Source: Trichormus sp. ATA11-4-KO1
GTDB taxonomy: Bacteria > Cyanobacteriota > Cyanobacteriia > Cyanobacteriales > Nostocaceae
Length of the DNA: 64,000 nt
Reading direction: 5' to 3'
Assembly: GCA_019358915.1 (NCBI GenBank)
Contig: JAHHIM010000002.1
Span: forward strand, 96,001-160,000
Below, piece by piece: positions 30,837-41,636 of the stretch (positions are counted from its first letter, which is position 1; each line of letters begins with the position of its first letter). The notes beneath the pieces are model-generated. The model was not told the origin of the DNA, made no database searches, and saw only the letters and a list, made by a program, of their open reading frames with translations. The translations under genes and the position numbers were made by a program.

Positions 30837-31121
30837 ATGCCGAAAGCTATTTGGAATGGCACTGTGTTGGCCGAAAGCGATAATACTATTGTTGTGGAAG
30901 GCAACCATTATTTCCCGGTTGATGCTATTAATCAGCAATACTTCCAAGAAAGTAACACTCACACAACTTGTCCTTGGAAAGGTGTTGCTAGCTATTACAG
31001 TATCGAAGTTGATGGGCAAGTTAACAAAGATGCTGCATGGTATTATCCCAGCGCTAAGGAAAAGGCTAAAAATATTGAAGGCTATATCGCTTTCTGGAAA
31101 GGTGTAAAAGTTGAGGCTTAA
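30837..31121 (+). CDS. DUF427 family protein
   Basis: VEGNHYFP, CPWKG, AAWYYP. Confidence 0.9.
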   Translation: MPKAIWNGTVLAESDNTIVVEGNHYFPVDAINQQYFQESNTHTTCPWKGVASYYSIEVDGQVNKDAAWYYPSAKEKAKNIEGYIAFWKGVKVEA

Positions 31122-31242
31122 CTGTAAGCCAAATTGTGTATAAATCTCATCTCCTAACTCCTTTTTTTCACGAGAGGATTTTGGCGGTGAAGATTTGACA
31201 CGTCATTATCTTTACTTAGGTAATTGTAGCAAAATATATGGT

Positions 31243-31256
31243 GTATTTTTACATAC
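31243..31256 (+). promoter_or_regulatory. Candidate NtcA site upstream of the APC permease
   Basis: GTA-N8-TAC within the extended palindrome GTGTA..TACAC. Confidence 0.45.
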
Positions 31257-31427
31257 ACTATATATTTTGTATGCTTGTATCAAGCAATAATTTAGCTAAC
31301 CTATTATGGGTGAGTGTTTGCACCAACAAGAACTACTGCGATCGCCCATACCAAAGTTTCCTCGGTGGTCATGATATTCTCAGTAATAAACGCTACATCT
31401 TCATCATCTAAATAGGGAGAGACAAAG

Positions 31428-32714
31428 ATGTCCGTTACCAATTCACCACCCCAACTGAAAAGAGAGTTAGGGGTTTTTGGTGCAACCTTGATGGGACTAG
31501 GTTCAATTATCGGCACGGGTGTATTTGTTAGTATCGGCATTGCTACGGGCATTGCTGGGCCGGCGGTAATTTTGGCAATGGCAATTGGCGCGATCGTCGC
31601 TACCTGTAATGGACTCAATAGCGCCCAACTAGCAGCTAATCATGCTGTTAGTGGTGGTACTTACGAATATGGCTATAAGTATCTCACTCCAGCATTGGGC
31701 TTTACGGCTGGCTGGATGTTTTTAGTAGCTAAGACTGCTTCTGCTGCCACTGCTGCCTTGGGTTTTGCTGGGTACTTGCTGAATATTGTGGGTTGGAGTG
31801 CTGATTGGGTTGTTCCTATAGCAATCTTAACCGTAGTAATTATGACGTTGATTGTTTTAAGTGGCATTCGCCGCTCTAATGTTGCTAACACCGTGATTGT
31901 GTCGGTAACGCTGTTATCTTTAGGGTTTTTTATTGTTATTTGTCTGCCGCGTGTTGCTGAAGTAGGTGTTGACAATTTGACACCTTTTTTTACCACTTCC
32001 CCAGGGGCTGTACTTCATGCTAGCGCCTTGATGTTTGTCGCTTATACAGGTTATGGTCGCATTGCCACTATGGGCGAAGAAGCACGTTTCCCCAGGAAGA
32101 CAATTCCCAAGGCAATGATTGTCTGTCTTTTACTAACAATGCTGCTTTACATGACAGTAGCAACAGTTGGGATTGGGGCTGTGGGGGTAGATGTTTTGGG
32201 TATAGCCTCAGGACAGACAAAAGCAGCTCCTTTAGAATTGGCAGCTCGTAGCGTTGCGGGTGCGGGTGCTGGCTTGGTTTTAGCTATTGGGGCAATGACA
32301 GCGATGTTGGGTGTGCTGTTGAACTTAGTTTTGGGCTTATCCCGCGTATTACTGGCAATGGGACGGCGTACAGATGCCCCGAGATTTTTAGCGCGTCTGA
32401 ATCGGCAAGAGACTGCGCCACACTGGGCTGTAATTATCGTGGGGGGTGCGATCGCTCTACTAGTACTATTGGGTAATGTCAAAACTACTTGGTCATTTAG
32501 TGCTTTTAGCGTTTTGATTTATTACGCAGTTACCAATTTAGCTGCTTTACGTCTCACTCCATCTGAACGACTTTATCCTATATGGATAGGTTGGGTGGGT
32601 CTTGTATCTTGTGTATTCTTAGCTTTCTGGGTAGACTCTGCTATCTGGCAAGTCGGTTTAGGGCTGATTGTTGCTGGGTTAATCTGGCACAAGATACGGC
32701 GGGCGATCGCTTAA
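31428..32714 (+). CDS. APC family amino acid permease
   Basis: LKRELG, IIGTGVF, SGGTYEY, AYTGYG..GEE. Confidence 0.92.
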   Translation: MSVTNSPPQLKRELGVFGATLMGLGSIIGTGVFVSIGIATGIAGPAVILAMAIGAIVATCNGLNSAQLAANHAVSGGTYEYGYKYLTPALGFTAGWMFLVAKTASAATAALGFAGYLLNIVGWSADWVVPIAILTVVIMTLIVLSGIRRSNVANTVIVSVTLLSLGFFIVICLPRVAEVGVDNLTPFFTTSPGAVLHASALMFVAYTGYGRIATMGEEARFPRKTIPKAMIVCLLLTMLLYMTVATVGIGAVGVDVLGIASGQTKAAPLELAARSVAGAGAGLVLAIGAMTAMLGVLLNLVLGLSRVLLAMGRRTDAPRFLARLNRQETAPHWAVIIVGGAIALLVLLGNVKTTWSFSAFSVLIYYAVTNLAALRLTPSERLYPIWIGWVGLVSCVFLAFWVDSAIWQVGLGLIVAGLIWHKIRRAIA

Positions 32715-32793
32715 TTATTAAATTAAGAGACGATCGCCCTGCAAAACTTCTACAAAATGCGATCGCACTTCGATGTATTTCACTTTTAGTTAA

Positions 32794-33621
32794 TTAAACT
32801 GCTGTGCGATCAGTCAAAATCTCAAAACCAGTTTCTGTGACCAAAACTGTATGCTCAAACTGCGCTGATAGAGAATTATCTACAGTTACAGCTGTCCATC
32901 GGTCAGATAATATCCGTGTGTGTTTAGAACCTGCATTCAAAATTGGTTCAATTGCTAAAGTCATCCCCGCACGGAGTTTCACATTCGGCATCTCCCTCGT
33001 CCGGAAGTTGAAAACTGAAGGTTCTTCATGCAGGTTACGACCAACACCATGTCCGGTGAATTCTTCCACTACACTGAAACCATTGGCTTTTACATGGTCT
33101 TCAATGGCCCCAGCCAGGTCAAGCAAGTATGCACCTGCTTTTACTTGTTCAATACCTTTATAAAGAGATTCTTCGGCGACACGAATCAGTTTAGTGGCAT
33201 CTGGGGTCACTTCACCCACGGCAATTGTAATGCAGGAATCACCATGAAAACCTTGGTAATAAGCACCTGTATCTACTTTTAATACATCCCCAGTCCGTAT
33301 CACTTTCTTAGCACTTGGGATACCATGCACCACTTCATGATTAATACTGGAACAAATAGAACCAGTAAAACCGTGATATCCCTTAAAACTTGGTGTCGCA
33401 TCCATTTCGCGGATACGTTTTTCTGCATAAGCATCCAAGTCAGCCGTGGTCATTCCTGGCTTTACCATCTCAGAAATTTCTTTGAGTACAGTAGCCACAA
33501 TTTTTGCCGATTGCCGCATAATTTCAATTTCACGCGGCGATTTAATTTCAATACCTCGGCGTTGTTTTTTTGCAGGTGTAGGCTTAGTTGTTTGAGACAA
33601 TAAGTTACTGAAAATGTTCAT
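32794..33621 (-). CDS. map: Methionine aminopeptidase type I
   Basis: VHGIP, DSC, GHGVG..HEEP, IEP, FEHT. Confidence 0.96.
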   Translation of the reverse strand: MNIFSNLLSQTTKPTPAKKQRRGIEIKSPREIEIMRQSAKIVATVLKEISEMVKPGMTTADLDAYAEKRIREMDATPSFKGYHGFTGSICSSINHEVVHGIPSAKKVIRTGDVLKVDTGAYYQGFHGDSCITIAVGEVTPDATKLIRVAEESLYKGIEQVKAGAYLLDLAGAIEDHVKANGFSVVEEFTGHGVGRNLHEEPSVFNFRTREMPNVKLRAGMTLAIEPILNAGSKHTRILSDRWTAVTVDNSLSAQFEHTVLVTETGFEILTDRTAV

Positions 33622-33792
33622 GGGGAAGTTAATGATTACGTGCGCCTTACCGCGACAATTGCAGTGTTTTTTCTTAGTTTAATATCTATAATTTAAGTTA
33701 ACTTATTTTTGCTCGACGCTCTTGTACTGAGTTTCAGTGTATTCAAAGGGACTGTATATTGGGCATTGATGATTTCCCCATCTCCCTACTCC

Positions 33793-34239
33793 TTACTTTG
33801 CGATCGCAATTTCTCCATTCATACCCGCTTCTGTATGTCCTGGTATTGAACAGTGTAAGTTATAGTTTCCTGGCTTCATGGGCACAAACACCCATTCCGC
33901 TTCAGCACCTGGCTTGAGTTCTAGTTCGTGAATTGCACCTTTAACTTCTACTTTGCCGGCTTCCACTTTTTGTGTCCAGATGCCATCAGCAAAATCTTTG
34001 GCAGTAAAATAGTGTTTCAATTGGCTGGGATTAGTCAGTCGCAGTAGATAGCGTTTACCTGGTACAAACTCCAAATGATCAGGCTCAAATTTGAGTTCAT
34101 TAGCAGAATTACCTAAGCTAACTGTAACTTCTGTAGCTGGTTGCTTAAGCAAATCGTTAGATAAATTAGCTGCGATCGCCGAATTAGCATTGATTAAACC
34201 CAGACACAGCAACAAACACACTACGAATATCCGCCGCAT
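33793..34239 (-). CDS. Exported cupredoxin (type-1 copper) protein
   Basis: Signal peptide from ATG 34239; H..CSIPGH..GM ligand motif. Confidence 0.85.
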   Translation of the reverse strand: MRRIFVVCLLLCLGLINANSAIAANLSNDLLKQPATEVTVSLGNSANELKFEPDHLEFVPGKRYLLRLTNPSQLKHYFTAKDFADGIWTQKVEAGKVEVKGAIHELELKPGAEAEWVFVPMKPGNYNLHCSIPGHTEAGMNGEIAIAK

Positions 34240-34414
34240 TGCTTGCAGCCCAGCAGGTAAAATATAGTATAAATTTTTATAAACTTCTCTTAATAACCAA
34301 GTCATTGTGATCAATAGTCTGAACAGAGGTCATAATGGCGAAGGTCAAAAATCGCCTCATACCAATTTTCTAACAGATGTAACCTCAGAAAACCAGAAAA
34401 ATCTGATATTCGTA

Positions 34415-34516
34415 AATTACGAATTACGTATCGCTAAAGCGAAAGCTCCGCTAACGCGCAGCGTTTCCGATAGCGCAGCGTGGCGTAGCCATAGGAAATA
34501 TTACGAATTACGAATT
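34415..34516. repeat. AATTACG STRR with nested small dispersed repeats
   Basis: AATTACG units flank GC-rich inserts; the same STRR is at 17033-17063 and 38948-38972. Confidence 0.65.
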
Positions 34517-34517
34517 A

Positions 34518-34943
34518 TTAAAGTTTAGCCAAAGACCGAATAAATTCTAAAGGTAAGCCGTCAGCATCAGCAACAAAAGCGACTTCCCAAATGCGATCGC
34601 CTATTTGCTGCTGTGTCGGTTCTAAAAGTATCTTTAGTGGTGGTAATTCTGCCACCAACGCCATTCGTTCTTGTAAACTTGTCAACCAACTAGGTAAATC
34701 TGAAGTAATTTCAGTTAAATCAAAAGACAGATGATAATAGCCCACATAATGTTCATCAGCAAAGGCATCTGGGGCTGGTTTTGGTTCGGGAATTTGGATT
34801 AATTCAATTCTGCCGCCCAATCCTGTCATCCAGCAAGCCAGGGTATAGCCTGTAGTGAAGCGTTCACAAACTGTAAACCCCAACTGTTCATAAAAGGCGA
34901 TCGCTTGATGAATATTCGCAGTTCTTATAGAAGCGTGGTGCAT
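34518..34943 (-). CDS. VOC/glyoxalase family protein
   Basis: MHHASIRT, GYYHLSF, DADGLPLE. Confidence 0.88.
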   Translation of the reverse strand: MHHASIRTANIHQAIAFYEQLGFTVCERFTTGYTLACWMTGLGGRIELIQIPEPKPAPDAFADEHYVGYYHLSFDLTEITSDLPSWLTSLQERMALVAELPPLKILLEPTQQQIGDRIWEVAFVADADGLPLEFIRSLAKL

Positions 34944-35057
34944 AACTTAGTCATTAGTCATTAGTCATTGGTTATTAGTCATTTGGCGGGTTCCCCGACT
35001 TGTTGCAAGTGGCGTGAAAACTCGCAAGACCGCACTGACTCACCAATGACTGCTGAC

Positions 35058-35573
35058 TTACTCGAACAAGCGGAAATAGGGGTAGCGCACAGGCACTCCA
35101 GGTTCTTTTTCCAAATCGAAATTAATCACTTCCCAGCAAGGATCTTCTTCTGAGGAATCAGGGCTAAACTCCACAGGTAAACCATATAAACGCGCATATG
35201 TTGCTTCCGGTTGCCCAGAACGCCAAGGTGTGCTGCGTTCTAAATAGCCACTCATTAATTCCTGATAACGTCTAGCAATAATTACTCGTGTTGCCCGATA
35301 ACCTTGGGTATACAGCTTATCAAGAGCTTCGTGAATTTCAAACCGAATCCCATCAGGATGGGTATGCTGTCTATACCATTCATTATTCCATCTGCGCCAA
35401 TGTCGTCCCGACTGTAGATGGATTAATTCTCCAGTTTTAGGATTAGCCTCAAACGCGCCATGACGGGGACACAAATAGGTATCTGTTAGTGTCAGTGCCG
35501 GAATAGTTTGACGACAGTGGGGACACTGAATGTCGGGGCCAAACATTGGGTACTGCAAGCCTGGATTCATCAT
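35058..35573 (-). CDS. TIGR02652-like cyanobacterial protein with Zn-ribbon
   Basis: CPHC..CPRHG; C-terminal YPYFRLFE. Confidence 0.82.
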   Translation of the reverse strand: MMNPGLQYPMFGPDIQCPHCRQTIPALTLTDTYLCPRHGAFEANPKTGELIHLQSGRHWRRWNNEWYRQHTHPDGIRFEIHEALDKLYTQGYRATRVIIARRYQELMSGYLERSTPWRSGQPEATYARLYGLPVEFSPDSSEEDPCWEVINFDLEKEPGVPVRYPYFRLFE

Positions 35574-35809
35574 GAAGTGCGTACAAACATAATTTCGTCT
35601 TCACCAGCACCAGTGGGTTGAGTTTTACACTTCGGCTCCTCCACTTTGGGGGCTTGTGATCTACTGCAAGGAAACGGAGTGGCAGTAAAAACAATATTCA
35701 CTAACATCTTTCTCTGTGTAGAGAATTGATACCGTGATATTCTGGTTTTGCAACCAGCCTCAAAGTTTAGTTTCTCCAGTGTTCCTGGGTACCATATTCC
35801 TATTCTATC

Positions 35810-36349
35810 GTGTCTACCGCTTCTTACTGGCCATCTCCCGATTTTTCTCAAGCAGCCTTCGTTGCAGCCAATGCCGTTGTGATAGGTTCGGTTAACATCA
35901 GTGCTGGAGCGAGTATTTGGTATGGAGCAGTTATCAGGGGAGATGTAGAAAGGATTGACATCGGCAAATGTACCAACATTCAGGATGGGGCAATTCTCCA
36001 TGGTGACCCAGGTTTACCAACAATATTAGAAGATCATGTTACTGTAGGCCACCGCGCCGTGGTACATTCTGCTTACATTGAACGTGGCAGCTTAATTGGC
36101 ATTGGCGCTGTGATTTTAGACGGAGTACGCGTGGGTACTGGCAGCATTATTGGTGCTGGTGCAGTAGTCACGAAGGATATTCCCCCCTTGTCCCTTGTAG
36201 TTGGTGTTCCTGGCAAAGTGTTGCGCCAAATTACAGACAGCGAAGCCGCAGAACTGATCGAACACGCGCAACGTTACCAAAAGTTAGCTTTGGTTCATGC
36301 CGGGAAGGGTAGTGACATCGGCTTTCACTCCCAGGGAGTAGGGAGATGA
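35810..36349 (+). CDS. Gamma carbonic anhydrase family protein
   Basis: Hexapeptide repeats; RGD, NIQD, H..GH..H. Confidence 0.92.
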   Translation: MSTASYWPSPDFSQAAFVAANAVVIGSVNISAGASIWYGAVIRGDVERIDIGKCTNIQDGAILHGDPGLPTILEDHVTVGHRAVVHSAYIERGSLIGIGAVILDGVRVGTGSIIGAGAVVTKDIPPLSLVVGVPGKVLRQITDSEAAELIEHAQRYQKLALVHAGKGSDIGFHSQGVGR

Positions 36350-36490
36350 GCGAGTAGGGGCAGCAACCAATGACTAATACTTTAAATATTCTTTACAGAG
36401 AGGTCTGGCAAAAATGCCCAATTCAGCTAAAAATAAAAATGAGAACAGTTGACAAAACTTTAATTGCTACTTAACAGAGGGGTTCTAGAT

Positions 36491-36616
36491 ATGGATATCG
36501 ATTACCGTATAGCGATCGTTTTTGCACCAGTAGCTATTGCTGCTGGTTGGGCTGCTTTTAACATTGGTGCTGCGGCTTTAAGACAAATTCAAGGCTTTTT
36601 GAATAAAGAAGCCTAA
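36491..36616 (+). CDS. psbY: Photosystem II protein Y (missed by the ORF track)
   Basis: [48 protein letters not shown]. Confidence 0.93.
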   Translation: MDIDYRIAIVFAPVAIAAGWAAFNIGAAALRQIQGFLNKEA

Positions 36617-36640
36617 ATTTAGTTAACATCATCAATCTTC

Positions 36641-36676
36641 AACCGACTGTTTCCCTCATCAGAGGCAGTCGGTTTT
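36641..36676 (+). terminator. Rho-independent terminator after psbY
   Basis: AACCGACTG..CAGTCGGTT followed by T-run. Confidence 0.75.
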
Positions 36677-36752
36677 ATTGATAATAGTGCATGGGCATTA
36701 TCTCCCCACTCCCCACTCCCTAGTTACTGAGCGCAGTCGAAGTACACTCCCC

Positions 36753-37997
36753 TTGGATATCAACTCTTTACTACAACCCTTTCAACATTTCGGCGTTCAT
36801 TTGGGACTGTCGCGCATTGTCAAGCTGTTGGCAAATCTTGGCAACCCCCATCACCAAGTCCCGATAATTCATGTTACCGGTACTAATGGTAAAGGTTCGG
36901 TGTGTGCCTATCTTTCTTCAGTGCTAAACGAGGCTGGTTATCGTACAGGACGCTACACTTCCCCCCATTTAGTAGATTGGACGGAACGCATTTGCATTAA
37001 TGGACAGCTAATAGCCTCTGAGGAATTGGGCAAATTATTACAACAAGTTCAAGCAGCAATTCAACCTGATGACGAGTATCCAACTCAGTTTGAAGTAATT
37101 ACCGCAGCTGCTTGGTTGTATTTTTCTCAGCAACAAGTTGATATCGCAGTAATAGAAGTGGGACTGGGAGGGCGTTTAGATGCGACTAATGCTTGTGACC
37201 AGCCATTAGTAACAGTAATTACATCTATCAGCCGTGAACACTGGCAACAACTAGGCCCTACTGTTGCCGATATAGCCAGAGAAAAAGCAGGTATTCTCAA
37301 ACCTGGATGTCCGGCTGTAGTTGGACCACTGCCACCGGATGCGGAAAAAGTGGTGTTATTACGCGCTCAAGAATTACAATGTCCATATATTGCGCCCCAG
37401 CCTGCCCGCCAAATCGCTCCAGGGTGGGCTGAATATGAATCAATTCAAAATTTAATTAAATACCCATTACCATTACAGGGACAAATTCAATTAACTAATT
37501 CTGCTTTAGCATTAGCTGCTTTAGAAATTCTCCAAAAGCAAGGTTGGGTGATTTCTGAAGAGGCCATTATCAATGGTATGAGAAAAACTCAATGGCCGGG
37601 ACGAATGCAATGGGTTACTTGGAAAAACCAAAAATTATTAATTGATGGTGCACATAACCCAGCAGCAGCTAAAGTATTGCGCGATTATGTAGATAGTTTA
37701 GATACCCCAAGAGTAACTTGGGTCATGGGAATGCTGTCTACTAAAGAACATACCGATATTTTTAAAGCTTTACTGCGACCAAATGACAAATTATATTTAG
37801 TACCAATACCAGATCATAGTTCAGCTAATCCAGTGGAATTGGCAAAATTGGCTAGTGAAGTTTGTCCAGAATTAAGTATTTGTCAAACTTATTTAGATTT
37901 AATATCAGCCCTATCAGCAGCTTTTAATGCCACAGATAATCTAATAATTTTGTGTGGTTCTTTATATTTAATTGGGCATTTTTTCGGAACAAAATAA
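36753..37997 (+). CDS. folC: Folylpolyglutamate/dihydrofolate synthase
   Basis: GTNGKGS, TSPHL, EVGLGGRLDATN, DGAHN; TTG 36753 preferred because the upstream extension is repeat DNA. Confidence 0.94.
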   Translation: MDINSLLQPFQHFGVHLGLSRIVKLLANLGNPHHQVPIIHVTGTNGKGSVCAYLSSVLNEAGYRTGRYTSPHLVDWTERICINGQLIASEELGKLLQQVQAAIQPDDEYPTQFEVITAAAWLYFSQQQVDIAVIEVGLGGRLDATNACDQPLVTVITSISREHWQQLGPTVADIAREKAGILKPGCPAVVGPLPPDAEKVVLLRAQELQCPYIAPQPARQIAPGWAEYESIQNLIKYPLPLQGQIQLTNSALALAALEILQKQGWVISEEAIINGMRKTQWPGRMQWVTWKNQKLLIDGAHNPAAAKVLRDYVDSLDTPRVTWVMGMLSTKEHTDIFKALLRPNDKLYLVPIPDHSSANPVELAKLASEVCPELSICQTYLDLISALSAAFNATDNLIILCGSLYLIGHFFGTK

Positions 37998-38012
37998 CCT
38001 TCTTGAGGACTC

Positions 38013-38045
38013 AGATCCCCGACTGCTTAAAGCAGTCGGGGATCT
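38013..38045. terminator. 15-bp perfect hairpin between convergent genes
   Basis: AGATCCCCGACTGCT-TAA-AGCAGTCGGGGATCT. Confidence 0.7.
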
Positions 38046-38111
38046 TGTTAATCACGATTTTAGCTGCGTATCAGTTGACTATGAGGTATGAAGGCAGCTG
38101 AAAGTCTGCAC

Positions 38112-38621
38112 TCATAGCACCTGCTTTAAGAAGGATACTAAATCATTAGTATCTAATGATTTGAGGGAGTTCAAAACTTCCGTTGCTGGTTCAGAAAGGC
38201 TATAGTCGTGGGGGATATCAATTATTGTAGTTCCCAATCTTTCGGCTAATAAAACCCAAAAAGCCACTTTCGCTTCAAAGTGCATTGCGCCATACTCACC
38301 AGTGGGAATTGTAGTTCCGCCTTGAGCTAGTTCTACTGTAGCCTTGGTAGGATGTGGATCAAGCATGATTTCATCTTGGTCATTTTTTGTGGCTGGTAGC
38401 AAATCGCGCAAGGCATAAAGTTGTTCTTCTGGGGAGACTTGTTGAATTTGTGCTACTAAATCTGCTGCTTTTTGTGTTGGTAAGGCATCTATCATATCAG
38501 CAGGAAGTTGATTAGCAATTTCGGTATAAAGTCGCCCCATTACTGCTAGTTTATCGTCTATATGCAACTGTTTAAATTTAGATGCGTTTTGCTGGACACG
38601 ATTAATGTTGGTAGAAGTCAT
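38112..38621 (-). CDS. Helical carotenoid protein (OCP N-terminal domain family)
   Basis: DDKLA, EEQL..LRDL, EYGAM..KVAFW..LA, IPHDY; GGAGG RBS. Confidence 0.85.
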   Translation of the reverse strand: MTSTNINRVQQNASKFKQLHIDDKLAVMGRLYTEIANQLPADMIDALPTQKAADLVAQIQQVSPEEQLYALRDLLPATKNDQDEIMLDPHPTKATVELAQGGTTIPTGEYGAMHFEAKVAFWVLLAERLGTTIIDIPHDYSLSEPATEVLNSLKSLDTNDLVSFLKQVL

Positions 38622-39082
38622 AAAAACCTCCAATTTTTGGATATTTATTTAGTTAAAAAAGTTTGAAAGTGAATTTTTTGCCTTTTTTAAGGTTAGAAAT
38701 TTTAGTTACTAATATGACACTATAAAAAGATAGAGGATTATTGTAAAAATTAATATTTTAAGCCAGCCATAGGATGGATGAAATGTCAGTATTTTAGGGT
38801 TGGTAGATTGATCTTACTCAGCACTCTTCATCAACATCCTGTTAAATCTTTGAGTCAACATAATTCGTAATTGATAATAGAGCCTACGGATGCCGCCAGG
38901 CTGTACGTAATTCGTAGTTACAATCAGTGGGGGCTTGTACCCTCTTTAATTACGAATTACGAATTACGAATTAGTAATTATTTGGTCATCACCATAAGAA
39001 ATATTGGAGATGGGGGGAGATGCAGGGGATAGAGAAAATATTTTCATTTTTGTCCCCTAGTCCCCACTCCCTACTCCCCATT

Positions 39083-40384
39083 TTATGCCCGACTATTCCA
39101 TTCTTGGGCTGCATCTTCTAAGGCTTTATCTACTGTTTTTTGCCCTAACATTGCTGCTTGCAAATTTTCATAAACTGCCTTTTGCAGTCTTTTAGAATCC
39201 TTCAAAGTCGGTGTTAATATCTCTGCTTGTTGTAGTTGATTAGCACTAATAACTCGTGCCTTTTCTACTGTGGAAGCAGTATCAGGAACATCTTTAAAGT
39301 AACTATCAGCAAGTGCTTTTGTTGTAGATGGCAAAACATTAGCAGCTTTCGCAAAAGCTAGTTGGTTTTCGTCATTAGTAAGAAATAAAGCAAACTTCAC
39401 CGCAGCATCCGGGTGTTTGGTAGCACGAGGGACAACTACATTCATTACGGCAACATTTTTCTTACCTGTATCACCTGTCAGTTGGGGTGCGATCGCAGAA
39501 GCTTGGGCAATTTGGGGGGCATTATTCGCGATCGTTTTGAGAAACTCTGGCCCAGAAGCTAGAAACGCCGTTTGTCCAGACTGGTATAAATCGATCGCAT
39601 GGCGATGTCCCTGGGTTAAAGCTTCTCTGGGAAGTAGCCCTTTTTTATACAAATCTACCCAGTACTGAAACGCTGCTTTACCTTGTGGGGAATTAAAAGC
39701 CGCTTTACCCTCAGTATCTACTAGCGTTACTCCCATTTGTACAAAGGATTCCAGTACCTCACCGGAATCTTGCGGTGCAAAAGTCACAAAAAAGGCATAT
39801 TTGCCAGTCTTATCTTTAATTTGTTGGGCTACCTGTGCCAATTCTCCGTAGGTGGCAGGTACTTTACTGATACCTGCCTGTTTTAATAAATCAGTGTTAT
39901 AAATGGTTAGCCGTGTGGTGAGGTACCAAGGGATACCAAAACTCTTGCCATTGAGCGTGCTAGCTTTCCAGATATTCGGTAGATAGGAGGAACGTTCTTC
40001 ATTTGAAACTTTTGTATCCAGGTCTAACCAGGCATTTCGTCCTGCAAGTTGGGAAGCAAAAACTGGATTGAGGTTAACAACATCAGGTGGCGTATTTGCT
40101 GAGACAGCTGTTAAAATTTTGTTCTCCATAGCCGACCATGGTACATCAACCCAGTTAACCTTTATACCTAAATTTTGAGTTTCAAAGTTCGTAATGAGGT
40201 TTTGGAAGTAGTCGGTGAATTGAGGTTGGAGTTGCATTGTCCAAAACTCAACAGTTGCTTCTCCTGAAGCAGCCTGTTTTGTAACTGTACCAACATTTCC
40301 GGCGCTACAACTTATTATCCAACTGGTAAATAAGCTAATTAGTGCCCAAGCCGCCAGTTGTTTGAATTTTCGCAATTGCATCAT
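39083..40384 (-). CDS. Sugar ABC transporter substrate-binding lipoprotein
   Basis: Lipobox IISC; EFWTMQL, PPDVVNLNP, GIPWY. Confidence 0.88.
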   Translation of the reverse strand: MMQLRKFKQLAAWALISLFTSWIISCSAGNVGTVTKQAASGEATVEFWTMQLQPQFTDYFQNLITNFETQNLGIKVNWVDVPWSAMENKILTAVSANTPPDVVNLNPVFASQLAGRNAWLDLDTKVSNEERSSYLPNIWKASTLNGKSFGIPWYLTTRLTIYNTDLLKQAGISKVPATYGELAQVAQQIKDKTGKYAFFVTFAPQDSGEVLESFVQMGVTLVDTEGKAAFNSPQGKAAFQYWVDLYKKGLLPREALTQGHRHAIDLYQSGQTAFLASGPEFLKTIANNAPQIAQASAIAPQLTGDTGKKNVAVMNVVVPRATKHPDAAVKFALFLTNDENQLAFAKAANVLPSTTKALADSYFKDVPDTASTVEKARVISANQLQQAEILTPTLKDSKRLQKAVYENLQAAMLGQKTVDKALEDAAQEWNSRA

Positions 40385-40525
40385 CGTACCAGTATTTTTA
40401 CGCTTGATTGGGGTGAAAAGCTTATGCAAAATTGTCGAGATTATAGGTTAAATCAATTACCTAGTCCCAAGAACAATCTTTAGTATCATTTAAATTTTCA
40501 ATTTAGCAGTCCAGCGGGCATAACT

Positions 40526-41632
40526 GTGGTGAAAAGCTTCAATAGTCTGTTCGGCAAATCTAATAAAGGGGTGGGCATCGAACTTGCACCAGAACGGGTG
40601 AATGTAGTTCAGTTACGCAAGCAGCGCCAAGGCTTGAAATTAGAATCCTTAACATCAGTAGCAGTTCCAGAAGGTGTTGTTACTGATGGTCAAATCACCG
40701 ACCCCCCTCAAATGGCGCAATTAATTCAGCAAGCACTGGCTGAGAGTAAAATTAAGGTTTCTCGTGTTGCTACTGGTGTACCAGGACGAGATTCGATTGT
40801 ACGTCTGATACCTGTGCCAGCTGAGTTGGATGACAAAGAACTACGGGAGATGGTGTTAAACCATGAAGCAAGTTTATATTTGCCCTATCCCCGTGAAGAA
40901 GCTGATGTAGATTATCAGAAACTTGGGTATTTTGTAGATGAGGATGGCATTGAAAAGGTACAGGTATTGCTAGTTGCCACCCGTAAGGAGGTGACAGATA
41001 CCTATATTAGTACGTTTGAACAGGCAGGATTGCAAATCGACATTTTAGAGATTAACAGTTTTGCGTTGATTCGGACAATTCGCGAACAACTGCGACAATT
41101 CGGGCCGCAAGAAGCCGCAGTAGTAGTTGACATAGAGTTTGACAGCACAGAAATAGCCATCGTCATTAACGGAGTACCGCAATTTTCGCGCACCGTGCCC
41201 ATAGGCACTTATCAAATGCAAATGGCAATGGCTAGGGCGATGAGTTTGCCTACATCACGAGATATGGAATTGTTACAGGGAATGGTGATTCCCCCAACTC
41301 CCATAGATGGTGGGCAAACTGGGATGACTGAAGTCAATCCCAGTCTGGCAGCTTTGTTGAGAGTTTTAGGAGAACTCACAGATGAGTTGCGCCGTTCCAT
41401 TGATTTTTACCTAAATCAGAGTGAAAACTTGGAGGTAGCGCAGATTTTCTTAGCTGGGCCAGGAGGCGGACTGCAACAGCTAGATGAGTTTTTTACTCAA
41501 CGATTGAGCTTGCCAACTACCCAAATCGATCCGATTGTGTCTTTATCCTTGGAAATTGATGAAGAAAAGTATCCCACAGCAAAACGTTCTGGCTTAGGGA
41601 TAGTACTTGGTTTAGGAATGCGGGGGGTGTAA
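40526..41632 (+). CDS. pilM: Type IV pilus assembly protein PilM
   Basis: VGIEL, actin-like fold, ELRRSIDFY. Confidence 0.93.
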   Translation: MVKSFNSLFGKSNKGVGIELAPERVNVVQLRKQRQGLKLESLTSVAVPEGVVTDGQITDPPQMAQLIQQALAESKIKVSRVATGVPGRDSIVRLIPVPAELDDKELREMVLNHEASLYLPYPREEADVDYQKLGYFVDEDGIEKVQVLLVATRKEVTDTYISTFEQAGLQIDILEINSFALIRTIREQLRQFGPQEAAVVVDIEFDSTEIAIVINGVPQFSRTVPIGTYQMQMAMARAMSLPTSRDMELLQGMVIPPTPIDGGQTGMTEVNPSLAALLRVLGELTDELRRSIDFYLNQSENLEVAQIFLAGPGGGLQQLDEFFTQRLSLPTTQIDPIVSLSLEIDEEKYPTAKRSGLGIVLGLGMRGV

Positions 41633-41636
41633 GAAA

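Noticed and set aside
34307..34528. 73-aa ORF
   Set aside because: Largely translated AATTACG repeats and SDR inserts (NYELRI)
36678..36752. N-terminal extension of FolC
   Set aside because: Consists of CCCCACT STRR and an SDR (TTACTGAGCGCAGTCGAAGT); the start is more likely TTG 36753
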